Made by a program: the position numbers and the translations under genes. A stretch of DNA of 54,797 nucleotides from assembly GCA_001938485.1 (NCBI GenBank), contig MQRK01236849.1:1-54797 (forward strand), given 5' to 3'. The number at the start of each line of letters is the position of its first letter. Positions within the stretch are counted from its first letter, which is position 1. Positions 37,945-50,562 of this stretch are shown here, one piece after another. This DNA is from Girardia tigrina (lineage: Eukaryota). The notes below the pieces were generated by a model. The model searched no databases. It saw nothing but the letters and a program-made list of their open reading frames with translations, and was not told the DNA's origin.

Positions 37945-38520
37945 TTGTAAGTAGAGTTTATGCCACTTTCATTATTGTCAAATTCAGAGCTCATAATTTA
38001 ACACCACAATCTTTATTATAACAACAATTCACATATTTAAACAATTTTTTCTGTTAATTAATTTACTAGCAAATTTTAAATTTATTAAATAATTTTCACA
38101 TTAAAACTAAAAATTTATTTAAAATTGTTTCATAACTTCTATTAAAATATATAAATTGTTATGACTGTAAATATATTTTTATTTATAAATAAGTATTTAG
38201 TCTTTAATGGTTTTATCATTGTTAATTTTAAGATATTTAATAGATACATTAAAAAAACTTTTTATTTTTAAATAAGTATTTAATTTTAAATGATTTTCTT
38301 TTATTATATCATTTTCACTTTTTAAAATATTTAATAAACACTTTAAAAAACATTTTTTTTATTTTTAAATAAGTATTTGATTTTTTAATAGTTTGCTATA
38401 TTATATCATCTTTAATTTTAAAATATTTCATTAGCATATTAATATAAAAATGTTTTAACTTTTAATTATAAAAATAATAATTTATTTTGGTGAAATGCAA
38501 ATTTAAATTCACCCCTCATA
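37945..38520. repeat. AT-rich dispersed repeat, copy 2
   Basis: See 17460-18120. Confidence 0.8.
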
Positions 38521-39399
38521 ATAATTATTTAATTTTTGGCTAAAATTTTAAATTAAAAAAATATAAATTATTCATTGAATTAAAAATTTTAAATAACTCC
38601 TCTTGGTGGAGTTTCATGGTGTTGTTTTCATTCTCACAAAGGATGTGGTTGCACCGCGTATATTAATTTTGATGTTTTGTATGTTTAGAAATAATGTTTG
38701 TGTATGAAATTCATTGTGAGGTGAAGAGAATGTAGGTTAGAGAGATGTGTATCATTGAATTTACAAGTAGTAGTATAGGGAGTGCAAGAGAGCTATTTCT
38801 TTACATAGTAGTTGTAGTTTATACTGCTATTGACATAGAAATTGGTTTACCATGGTTGTCGGCCATTTTAATTCATATATATTCTCAAAATGGGCCTTTT
38901 CATCCCATATTTCAACGCGCATGGTAAATTATAATATACTGATATTGAATATAATATGTTTATTTTCCAATTTTGAATTTTTATTAATTTTATTATTAAT
39001 TTAATTTTAAATACCGTATTTTCCGGTAGATATATTTTCCGCGGCTTTTACTTTTTGACATCTCTTTTTATGTATAGATAACGCGCATAACAGGTATGGT
39101 AGTATACCTAACATCGTTATCACCAGTACATGATTCACAGTTCATATTTTGACAAAATTTAACATTTTTGTGTAGAAAACCTTTTTCTATCCGCGGCCAT
39201 TTCAATACTGCATATTTTCAACACTCGACCTTTTAAACTCAATACAAAAAATTTAATTGTAACTAAATATTAATTGAGGAAATATATTTTATTAATTGGC
39301 AACATTAATTTACAATGATACAAAATATTTTTTCGCAAAAATAAAATTTTTCATTGCAAAGAACCAATAAATGAACCTGAATGTCTTCCTTCAATCTAT

Positions 39400-39967
39400 C
39401 AAGTCATTTCCATATGCCTGGATGGCTACAAATAAACAATGAATTAAGAGAATTGTGAAACCCCTAACATCAGTTGGTTGTCTTTGAGGATTATGCAGCA
39501 GCAGTATCGAGATGGTTTAAACTCAGCCATAGGAAACATTGACTCTCTTCCAGCTAGTCCTATAATATAAGTTGATTCAAAATATGTTGGCAAGTCATTA
39601 TATAGTTCATCTGTAAACTCATTGGCCACCTGCAAATACAAGTCTTCCACATCATTGATCGGAACATATCACATAGGATGCAAGTGATTTCAATTTTAAC
39701 TTCCCATTATATTCATTCTTCAATCCTCCACTTCTTATTGTTCTAATCAAACTCTGAATAAGATGAAAGTAGCATCCCTTTATTTGGGATTCAGGAAATT
39801 TCAGTTGAGCGGCTGTTATGCAAGCTTCTTCAAAATTCAGAAGAATAGTTTCTGGTGCCAGGTTAGGAAGAAGTTCCTTCAGTATTTCAAGCATTCTGTT
39901 GTAGGTCTCCTGATTTTTCTTCTGGAGAAGAAATTAAATGCATGAGGGATAGGCGTTGTTCGTTGAA
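39400..39967 (-). mobile_element. MULE (Mutator-like) transposase remnant
   Basis: PETILLNFEEACITAAQLKFPESQIKGCYFHLIQSLIR, LPTYFESTYI, MFP. Confidence 0.85.
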
Positions 39968-40990
39968 TGTGGTAAATAACAATGATAAATCACACAAAAG
40001 ATGTATTTACAAACAAAGGCAAATCACTCAGAGTTCTTCAAAGTTTTGTAATTTACTTTACGCTCTTAAAACAATGGTTATTATTATTTTCTTTATCTTC
40101 CAAATTCTCGTTTTCGTCATCATACGCCCCGTGATAACACAATCATACATCCCGTAGTCATTGAACAGGTACTCATCAAATCCTGTTCGGTCTGTGTGAC
40201 ACCAGGACAAGACTCGGTTCGCTCATTACATTATCATCCTCTAACGATCCTCCTCTTGCGGGTGGTAATTCATCTATGTCTTTCATTGCTGTGTCTGTAG
40301 TTGCGGGTTTTTATGTCGATGTTACGCGACTTAAATCTGCAACATCCCTAGATATTCCATCCATTTCGATCGATATTCAGGAGTTGACTCATGACACAAT
40401 CCCCTTCTTCAAACGCCTTGTGCATTGTACTCTACCTGGACGCCGGGCTTGAAATCAGTTCCGTGGTGTTGTTCTTCTTTCGGTCTCACCATTAGAAACT
40501 ACCATTCATACGAGAATATTTCATTAATTGGAACCAACACGCTGCTCGTTCCTGTTGTTTGTGTCCAACAATTCTCTCTCAAATCTTGCTGACTTTCTTT
40601 TTATCCTGCAATAATTTCTTTTGATGATACCATTCCCTGATGGCGATAAGCACAACGATATCTAACTAATAAGTTCCACGATTTTTACAACCTTTGTAGT
40701 GTATCTGGTCGGAAATATTTCCCATTATGACACAACAATTCACCTGGTGGTCCCCTTTCTCGGAAAATTTTCACCAATTTTTACGCAACGACTTCGATAC
40801 TCTCGGTACTTAGCCACTCTCAGATCGCAAAAATGCTTGGCCCGCAATCGACACGTGTGAAGAATATTTTACCATCATAATGAGGGATGTCACAAGCAAG
40901 GCGTTGTAAATTTTCTGGTACATCAAGTTCGCCATTACTCCACTGTAGTGCCTCGGATCAATTGCCTGCACATGCAGGGAAGAAAATATC
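39968..40990 (-). mobile_element. Gypsy-like integrase remnant plus putative 263-bp 3' LTR (40230 to 39968), abutting or inserted in the MULE
   Basis: Manual translation: LQRLACDIPHYDGKIFFTRVDCGPSIFAI*...IFREKG/PPGELLCHNG...RYRCAYR/SGNGIIKRN; LTR TGTAAT...ACCACA after a degenerate purine tract. Confidence 0.8.
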
Positions 40991-40999
40991 ATTCAATCG

Positions 41000-41580
41000 T
41001 TTATTTTCAAATCAAAATTGCATGAAGCTTTGTTCAATGAAGACGTCAGAAGCATTCTCCGAAATATCTTGTGAAAAATGCTTGAGAAAGAAAAAAAATT
41101 ACGGAATAAAATTGTGAAAGAATTAGTATTGGCTCATGTGGCTTTGTGTGATGTAAGTGATGATTTTTGCATTGTTATATGTTCTAAGGTTTCTATTGAT
41201 ATGTCTAATAATCTTTTAAAAAATAAAATCGATTCACGGAATAAAAAACTTATAAATTTACGTAAATTATTTGGTGTTTTTCAATTTGATGTCAATATAC
41301 AGTTTTAAAGTTAAATGAAAATGAAATGAAAGAAAATGATTTTCAAATTATGTGTAATCAATTTAAAAATTACTGGGAGACAGTAACGTATGAGGCCTTA
41401 TTAATAAGATCCATGGATCCAAAAATTAATATTCAAGCTTCACAATCAACTTCTCTGTTAAAAATTTTCAAATAGAGCCTTTATTACATAAGTTATTTCT
41501 TTGTCATATATAAGCTGCAAAAAGCCTATGTTAATTTAGTCTGAAGATGGCGGGTAATCCGCCAAAATTAATAACAAAAC
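41000..41580 (+). mobile_element. Internally deleted Penelope-like element remnant with 3' hammerhead
   Basis: ..DSRNKKLINLRK (N-terminal-like) joined to NDFQIM...YEALLIRSMDPKINIQ...LKIFK* (GIY-YIG C-terminus), then CTGAAGA-T-GGCGG-gtaat-CCGCC-AAAATTAATA. Confidence 0.7.
41535..41579 (+). ncRNA. Decayed minimal hammerhead ribozyme (G12 to A)
   Basis: CTGAAGA, extra T, perfect 5-bp stem II, AAAA instead of GAAA, palindromic ATTAAT stem III, stem I tttagt/acaaaa. Confidence 0.6.
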
Positions 41581-41613
41581 CAAAAATAAATTTTGAAAAA
41601 TGGCGTTCAGTTT

Positions 41614-41652
41614 TTAATAATAATAATAATAATAATAACAATAATAATAATA
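41614..41652. repeat. (AAT)n microsatellite
   Basis: Direct observation. Confidence 0.9.
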
Positions 41653-41958
41653 GTGACAACAAATATCAAGAGAAGCTTTACTCTTCTTAAATTGTTCATC
41701 GCAAAATGATTTCAGTTTCAATCTCCCAATAATTTCAAGACTGTTAGCTTATTTATTCATTTTTTATTGTTGAAATTTATTTCTAATATATTAAATTAAT
41801 TATAATTATGAGGAGTTAGTTAAAATTTTCACTTCGCAAAATAATTTAAGATTTTTTTTAAATCAATAATTTAAAAAAATTAAATAAATACAAAATGATT
41901 TTTAAATTTAAAAACAAACAAACATTAAATAATTATATAAAACCAAAAATGTCTTTTT

Positions 41959-42185
41959 ATGACAATTTTTTACACCTAAAATTTACTCACTTGACAATTA
42001 AATATATATAAATCAAATTAGCTTCCAATCCACAATTCGTTTTCAGTTTGTTTGAGAGGAAGCTTTGAACTTTGGATGTCATTGAAAATGCTTTGGTTAC
42101 ATTACCTATATTTTTGCAAGTACTCTCCTTAAATGTTTTGAATTCCCTACAGAATCGAAAATAAATAACACATTTCCTTTTCTAG
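41959..42185. repeat. ~220-bp dispersed repeat, copy 2
   Basis: See 35626-35844. Confidence 0.9.
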
Positions 42186-42680
42186 GTAGAGCCACTGATT
42201 CTCCTTGTTGAGATTAAGGAAAATATCAACTTTTCATGCTCCGTCACGATCCTTCTGAAGAAGCACATGTCATGGGAGTGAACAAGCAATTCTTTGTTGT
42301 GATCAACTCGTTGTTGTACTTGAGTGGCTGTCAGTTCGTAAGGAATTTGTTGACACCGTATACTGACAAGGCCAAGCTGATGAAGATGACGTTAAATAGT
42401 GGGTTGTGAAGGACCAAGCTCTGCTGATAATCTCCGCGTGCTGGTGCAGGGCTGCTCCTCCAAAGCTTGACGTAGAAGCTTTGATCAACAGCAGATGGTC
42501 TTCCAAATTGAGGTCACCACTTGAGAAAAGCCCTGAACCACAATTGTGACATACGAACACCTACAGTACCTTCGCCTTCTACTTTACATATTTCCAGGGC
42601 TGCAGCAACGACTTTGAAGCCTTTTCCCAGTAATGTCGCAGAAGGACTCGAATTCCGTATTTTTCGCTCTCAATAATCTG
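42186..42680 (-). mobile_element. mariner transposase N-terminal remnant
   Basis: With frameshifts: GIRVLLRHYW/KGFKVVAAALEICKVEGEGTVGVRMSQLWFR/FSSGDLNLED/LLRQALEEQPCTSTRRLSAELG..RHLHQLG..IPYELT..FFRRIVTEHEK. Confidence 0.85.
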
Positions 42681-45569
42681 ATAAGAATAAACAAACAAAT
42701 GTTTAATGAATAAACCAACACTTTACAAGGAGATTCGTTATGCGATACCATAATAAATAATATAAAAATCAAAAATGCCAAAATAGAATGTTTATATAAA
42801 ATAATTGTCACAATGAAAAACGAAAATACTTTTGAATCACCCTAGTACAAAAATAACAATTGATATACTTTAATAGGAAAATAATTAATAAAAGTTTAAG
42901 AACAAAAATTTTAAAAATAAATAATAAACGGATTAAAATGTATAATATTTAATAAATGGATGTTGGTGCAATGATTAAATTAAAGAAAAAATTGTTTTTA
43001 TATGTATTTTATTTTCATTAATAAAATTTTATGTTGAATATGAATTTGACTAACAATAATAATGTAAATTAATTTATTGTTATATTATTACTTATAATTA
43101 TGAAAATAAAAGAATAAATAAAAGTCAAGGTCCTAAAACCCATATACCTATTTATATATTTTTAATTTTATCATTCTACGATTTTTGATGTATATAATAT
43201 GTATACTATAATTAAATATTATTATTGGTTGACTTGATTTAATTATTTTTTTCTGAAAGCCGACAGATCAAAGAATCGTTCTTTTTATATTAATAAAAAG
43301 AAAATTGAAATTTAATAAATCTAATTTTTCTGGAATATGATAAATTAATGAAAAAAATACTCTGATTTAATATTTATAATAGGTATTTAATTAGTCGAAT
43401 TCCGACAATTTTAATTGAAAAGATTAACCTCCAAAATGATAATAAAATAGAATTTCGATATTTTAGTGACAAATAAATTTAAATAATATTGCCGACTAAA
43501 ATCTGATCGCTTTTTTTCTTGAGCAGATTTTAATTGAGCTCAAATATAAATCCTTTCAATGAGGCGCGCGAGAGTAGCGGCTTACTTTGACTATTCATTC
43601 GCCTATTTAACTGAATTTATTATCAAGGAGCCGGATAAAATATTTCTAAAAGGCGCTTTAGGTCCAACTCATCAAACTAAATAATGAATATCACAGAGTT
43701 CTACACGCAAAAATTGATAGAGAAAACATTTTGCTTTTTTATTTGTTGTAAATTGTTTAATTTTTTTATTTATCTTCATTAAAAATCGCATGTTAACAAA
43801 ATTTTCCGTTTTTAAAATCGACAAAATTTTATTTAATTAATTAAATTTTTTATTGAAGTTTTGCTTGAATATTTTTTTTCAATTTTTTTTAAAATGTTAA
43901 TTATAATTTTTTCTACAATTATTTGCGTTTGAACTTCTTAACTTTAGTTAAAAATAATTACATGTATAAAAAGAGCTTTTTATATTACCACGTTTTTTTT
44001 CACTTTTGTTTCTTAATTTTTGCACTGTTTAGAATTTTTATAATCAATTTTTCCACTATATTGTCCTTAAAATTTCAGTTTTCTATTTTAAAATATTTAA
44101 TCACTCTATTCTCACTAAACAAACACAAAATACACAAATTTTTACGAAATATTTAAATAATTTATATATCAACTGTTTACATAAACTATTAAAATCCCTA
44201 TACTTTCAACAACGCCATTTATCGATGTTCTTCTTCAATTCCTATATATTTAAATTGACCGGTATTAGCGTTAACTAGAATTGATAAAATAAAATGATGA
44301 ATTAAAATTAATTTATATTCTAAGATATAATCTGATTTGAGCTATTAATAATTATTAATTAACAACAACGGAGATTCAAATTTGATCAAAACAAAGATTC
44401 AAATCATTTTATTATACAAAATTTACCCATATAAATTGTTGCCATACAAACTTTTTTTTGCCAAAATGACAACTTAGACATGTCCGATCAACTTGAAATA
44501 TTTTTTTCATGCATTGTCTTCGGGTTTTAATCTACTCTGAAAATTTCAGCCCGATAGTTAGTCAAATATGATAGTTGGTCAAATTTGAGTTGAAAGGTTT
44601 TTCCCGGACAGATTGACAACCCGACAACAAGTGAATTTTATAAAAACGTGGTAATAAATATAGTCGAAAAAAATCATAATAAAATATTTTTTTGGTTCTT
44701 TAAACAATCAATCTTTTAATTTTATATTCTGTTTTTTGGTTTATTTTGTTTCTTAATGACTGTTGTTTTTGACATTTTTACAGAAATTTTCAGTTAACAC
44801 ATTATTATCAGTATAATGAGTTAGTATTTTCTTTTCGCTGACAAGTTGTAATCATTTAGAAATGATTTAAATTTTTAAACATAATTTTAAAATTATTTAA
44901 TTAATATTTTAAATAAAATTTTGATTTCAAGATTAGTAATATAATTGAAATAACATATACTTTAAAGTATATAATTTCTGGAAATAAGGGATTGGAGCTA
45001 TAATTAATTTTAAATATGGTAAATTGTAAAATTAATATTATTTTAAAATAAAGTGGATCAATTTTAAAATTTGAAAAGATTTTAAATATTTTTCAAAGAA
45101 TCGTTTATTTTTATTTTTTTTAATTTTAGAATAAATTTTAATCGATTTAGATTATCGCTGTTCAGTCGGTGACAACCTTTCTCTGATAAAAAATATTTGT
45201 TTTGCTCAATCACTTTAATCATTTTTGTGGAAATTTAATTGAGGAATAAATTTTGATTTTACTTTGCTCGATGAGTTCTAATTTACTACCGCAAGACGGA
45301 CACCGAAATTTTCATGTCAACAATATAATTTGATCACAATCATACCAGTGGTATGTTCACAACAAAGTTCAGCGGTCAAGTGGAAGTTAAGATCGATTCG
45401 AGTGGCGGATCAAATGGCACTTGGGTGAGCCGGTAGCCTAAGTGTCTACATAAGGACCATAAGCCTGAACCTCAGCAGGTTAATTTTACTGTCGTCTCAG
45501 TGGGTCCGCAATCTTTTTCAGGGATCCACACACATTATGGAGAGGGCAATCAAAAACACTTTCGTAATA

Positions 45570-46265
45570 CAGTCAACTCCGCATACCTCAATTTTTTTCA
45601 AAGTCCCGATTTTTTCGCTAAGTTTAAATACATTTTGATACTGTTTATCTCAAAATCGTTTAACTCAAATTATTGTTTATCTCAAATCGTTTATTTGAGC
45701 CCAAACACAAATTAATCGTTTATCTTTAATTGTTATTTTTTTCAATAAATGTTATAAAATGGTAATTGAATATATTAAATACGTTGATTAAATATTTTGT
45801 TGTTTAAATAATATTTAATTACGGCAAATATTTTACATTTTTAATATATCTTAGGGAATACAGAAGAATCACCGTAACATCTAATATGACTATCAAACAT
45901 AAGCTGCACTACAAGACGATTGCTGAGAAAGTGAAAATTCTGGAGTATATAGTAAATAATTCTCATGTAAGACAAAATGTTATTGCTTCTAATTTTGGTA
46001 TAAACGCTGGTCACCTTAATGGTCGGTGAAAGAAGAAAGACGAAATTCTATCAAAATCCAATCTTCACAATGTAAGATAAAAAAATCATCCAATAAGCTT
46101 TCCAAACTTGCAAGTCCTTATTTATGTGATTTAGATAGATGAATTCTCATCCGACTAATTTCCTCGACGGCAACATGTTGTTGGAAAAAGCAAAATATTT
46201 GCTGCTCAATTTGGCTACCCGACAGAAATCATTACCCCCTGGTTTGAACGTTTCAAACAATGTTG
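45570..46265 (+). mobile_element. pogo/Tigger 5' remnant (TIR plus HTH-psq/CENP-B HTH)
   Basis: ta-cagtcaactccgcatacctcaa terminus, repeated tttatctcaaa subterminal motifs; TIAEKVKILEYI...IASNFGI, DGNMLLEKAK, WFERFK. Confidence 0.75.
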
Positions 46266-46872
46266 TTGATTGGATGATGGACTGAGGGCATCCGGGGCCA
46301 TACAGATGCCCTTTGATCATAAGAAATACAACTGATAGTTATGAGTCGCTCAAGCGTCAGTAGGTTACCAAATTATTATGAACACTTATTTTTTTAGGTA
46401 TTTTAAACTTTCAATGATTTTTTTGAGAGAATGAATAGGTTTGGATTTAATTTTTTTTGATGAATTCTACGACAGTATACTTGTAAATGTTCTTGACAAT
46501 TGAAAAAAATTGTATCAGACTGAATCGTCTGTCTGAATAATGAATTTTATCAATGTGACCTAAATTTTGGTATAAAATATTTATTATAAAAATTGAATAA
46601 ACATTTTTAGGAAACATTCTAACAACTTTTAGTTAAATGAACTTAATTTTTTTAGTAATACCATATTTTAAATTTAAATTGTAAATATTTAATTACTAAC
46701 ATGCTATATTTGTATTTTATAATATTATCAAAATTTTTTTGCAGTATGGGCAAGTGTTCTGATACATCTCCGTTAAAATTGAGAGAAATCGAAACACTTT
46801 TATTAAACACCAAACATAGACAAAGAGAAATAGCGAGACTTACAGGCTTTTCAAAATCATTAATTAGTAATA

Positions 46873-49306
46873 TGTTACGATGGGAAAAGTCTGTGCCTGT
46901 AATGAAATTAAAAATATACAAACAAAAATGAACGAATAAAAAACCTTTGAAGAAGCCCCACCGTCGTAGTGTCACTGGTCTCCTTCCGGGTCCGGGGATC
47001 GTGTTTGTTGCCTTTGTGTTTGTGAGGCCCTGGAATTAAACAATGAAATGAAATAAGTTAAAAACTTTTTTACAATTTCATCATGCCTTACCTTATCTGG
47101 AATAAATTGTTTAGGTGCGTGTGATCGCGGGCCTGAAATAGATAGGCGTAGGTCACAAAATATTTAAATAATAAATAACCAACTTTCAACGAAGCCACGC
47201 ATTGATACACCGATCCGGAGGAGTGCGTGGACATTGGAGTGTTGGGTTGAGTTGCCGGTGAAATGATTGCTCAGTTGAGCTTATCTTTGGTAGGCTTTTG
47301 AAAAAAACCCGATACACTCTGGTACTGTAGAGAATTACTCTACAATAAATAATAGAGTACAACCACAAACACACACACAAAATTTGAACAAAGTTTTTAA
47401 CACATGCCTTTTTATACTCTTTATAACTGCACAACTTTTCATATTTATTTATTTTCTACTAGCTCTGTTGGTATTATTATTCTACAAGTGTTGGCATTTT
47501 TGAAAAATTATTATTAAGTATGTAGTCTTACGTTTCATTATTAATAATTATATTTTATTTTTTTAATTTAACCCTATATAGTATTATTGTTTATAACGTT
47601 TAAATACAATATTTTATACTAGATTTTATTGTTGTTTTATTTATTAATAAAATTTGATAGATTGTTCCGTAACATGCTTTACTATTATTATTTTATTATG
47701 ATTATACTAATGTTTTTTCTTTTACTCTGGGCCAGGGTTATAGTGTCGACTCGTAGGTGTGGTAATGAATACCCAGTAATGCGAAGGAGACTTAAGGATG
47801 AGAGGACAAATAAGTTCGGGAGACACAGTAGACAAGTGTTAAGCAGTATAAAGGAAGATGAAGAGGTCGATGAGGTGTAATGTGGGTATAGAAGCCGTGT
47901 AAATAAGATAAAACAGTAAAGTAGCTTTATATATAAAAGGATTTAATAGATCCAGGCAAAGCTAATTAGAGTCGGTGATGTAAATAGATAGGTCTATCAC
48001 AATATATATTTAAATGCAGTGTGGTGAGGAGGTCGACAGAGTGGGAGAGAATCATATAAATTTTGCATATAAACCCCTGAACATACATGGAATCCCCTCT
48101 CCTTTATTCTATAGAAACCTTAATTGGCTTTTTAATATGATTTTATATTTATTAGTTTTTCACTGTTAGATAAAAATCAATTATTGGATGTAATGTATTA
48201 ATATGGATATATTAACACAAATAAGTAGGCAGTGATATCTTCATCGATGTTTGGTTGTAATCTGTTTAACATAAAAAATGATGACATAAAAGTATCCACT
48301 GGTATTTACATATAGAGTTCAAATTTAATTCATGTTTTTAGGGAATAAAAGGAAATGAAAATATTTGATCTACAAAATTGTTTCAACAGATTTATGTATG
48401 TTATAAGATGTACATATATAAATTAACATTAAAGTTGAGGTAAAATATTCTATTAAAGATATTCTATTAAAAATTGAGATAAATCTTTCGCCCTAATATC
48501 AAAAAATTGAAAAAGCTTACGTTCCAACGTTTACTAAAGTATCCTTGTTTCAATTCTTATTAAGAACACAAGATATTGTTTGGCCATAGTGAAAATACTG
48601 TAAATCTTTTCTTTTCTTTAATCATAGAGTTGATCATGTTTTAAATGTTATTTCATAAATAATATTCATTTTAAATAATATATATTATTAAATGCAAATA
48701 TGCTTTACGCATTAAAATATTTGAAATATGAATTTAGAACTTGATGAGAGAAGATTTAGTAATAATAGTTATAAACATTTTTGAGGCTTATGATTTTTAA
48801 TTTTAAATTTAGATAATGCAAACAAATAAATAAATTTCTCTCAATAAATTCTAATTATAAACTCAGTCGAGGTCTTATTCCATTGATTGATAAATGCACG
48901 GCTATATTCTGTATATATTTTGAGAAAGAATTAATAACAATGCATGTGTGTGAATAACTGAAGAACCTTTTGGAGGTGACACGGGTCGTTCCAAAGAATT
49001 CACAGGCACGCGGGCGATCGTCGTCTACTTCCTCAGGGCTCTCTTCGTTCAAGTGTTTGAGAAGCGATGATAATGTAATCGTAAAATAAGTCATGTCCAA
49101 ACATATCAAACCTTCCATATACTAAGGCTACCGGTTGGGCAATACTCGTCCCCTCGAAGCGCGTACAACTAGTTGATGTGCGTGGAGGAGACGCGTCCGT
49201 TCGCCCTAAATTAGAAGATATTGAATATCTTGAGTTATCGTTTAACTCGGAAAGCGACTGGGGGTTCGCGCATGCAGAAATGTTGCGAGATAAGAGAACC
49301 GCGACA
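46873..49306 (-). mobile_element. 2434-bp solo LTR-like insertion with 4-bp TSD
   Basis: aata|TGTTACG...CGCGACA|aata; removal restores the transposase frame (..LISN-IKVKIDQG..); no coding homology recognised inside. Confidence 0.8.
47407..47416 (-). promoter_or_regulatory. Candidate TATA box of the solo LTR
   Basis: Minus-strand TATAAAAAGG upstream of two GT-AG introns. Confidence 0.45.
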
Positions 49307-50562
49307 AATATTAAGGTAAAGATCGATCAAGGCAAGCATCTGGAGGTAGATTGAGTGGGAAAATGCCGCAGGAAAATTATTATGATGATAAACAACGACG
49401 GAATTAAAGTTTCCAAAAGGACACTTCAGAGATGTTTGGTTAAAGAAAGCCTCACGGATTGGCGACCTACTAAAAACCAAACCTGATTCAGGTAATGAAA
49501 AAAAGAGACTTCAATGGGCTAAACATCAGAAGCATATGACTAATGAGGACTAGAGTCTTATAAGTAATATTTTTTTATTGAGAAATGATATTTTTTATGG
49601 TATCATTTTACAAATCTGCTTCTCCAACCAGTCAACTTTTAAAATTTTGGTAAACAAATTTTGCTTCGTTCGACGGCGCCCAGGAGAATATCTCCTCAAT
49701 GAATGCTTTATAGAAAAGGTCAAACATCCCATAAGAATCCTGGTGGGGATTGTGATCTCATACAGGGGTTTGAGATCGCTGAACATTGTATAAGGGACGA
49801 TGAGAAAGGACCAATACAATGGAGTGTTGGAAATTCATATTCCTCAGTTGGAAGAATGGTACTCAAATAAGGAAGATTATATCTTTATGCAAGATTCACC
49901 ACCTTATCACAAAGCCAAAAATGTCACTGCATTTCTCGATAAAAATGTTAAAGTCTTACTCTAGCCTGGGAATTCACCGGATATGAACACATTCAACACC
50001 TGTTTGAAATCACTAAAAGGGTAGTAGTTTAACAAGTCATAACAACCAAGTAATAAAAGCCATAGACAGAGTGTGGCATCATACCCCATATCTCATAGAT
50101 ACTACTAAAGTCTGCATATAAAGTATGCGACTACACATAGAAGCCGTAATTTGAGAAAAGGACAGTACTACAAAATAATAATTTTTTTAATAAAATTGTA
50201 TCAATCGTCTTCCTGTAACTTTTCATACATTATTTGTAATATTTTTTATTTGATATTTGGCTTTCGTATTTCTAAGAAAAATTTTTGCTAAATGAAAAAA
50301 CTAAGACTTAAAACGCTTTGATTACTCAAAAAATTCATTCCAAGTTAAAGTTAAAAAACAAATAAGTGTCCGTAATAATTTGGCTATATATATATATATA
50401 TACACAAAATTTTTATTAAAAATAAAAATAAATTTTCATAATACATAGTTGTCTTAAATTAATTTTTTTCACAAAATTCAATAAACACAATGCTTTTGTT
50501 TTAATGCATCAAATCGAATAAAACATAACGGCATTTATTCGAATTTTCGTATTTCATTGGCG

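Larger units (their letters stand above)
46358..50385 (+). mobile_element. Minos-like Tc1 element with an intron remnant, split by a solo LTR
   Basis: TIRs ccaaattattatgaacacttattt / aaataagtgtccgtaataatttgg; MGKCSDTSP..QREIARLTGFSKSLISN|IKVKID..GKCRRK..VSKRTLQR..KRLQWAK..[~53 nt]..ICFSNQSTF..FVRRRPGE..VKHP..FMQDSPPYH..PGNSPDMN..YTK*. Confidence 0.85.

Noticed and set aside
42303-42660. MsrB1/selenoprotein R-like look of ORFs SFCDITGKRLQSRCCSPG and FVCHNCGSGLFSS
   Set aside because: Alternative frames of the same strand give a continuous, much better mariner transposase; the CxxC is an off-frame coincidence.
45400-45513. tRNA/SINE-like or hAT-MITE-like GC patch
   Set aside because: No cloverleaf or B-box; termini too degenerate to assign.
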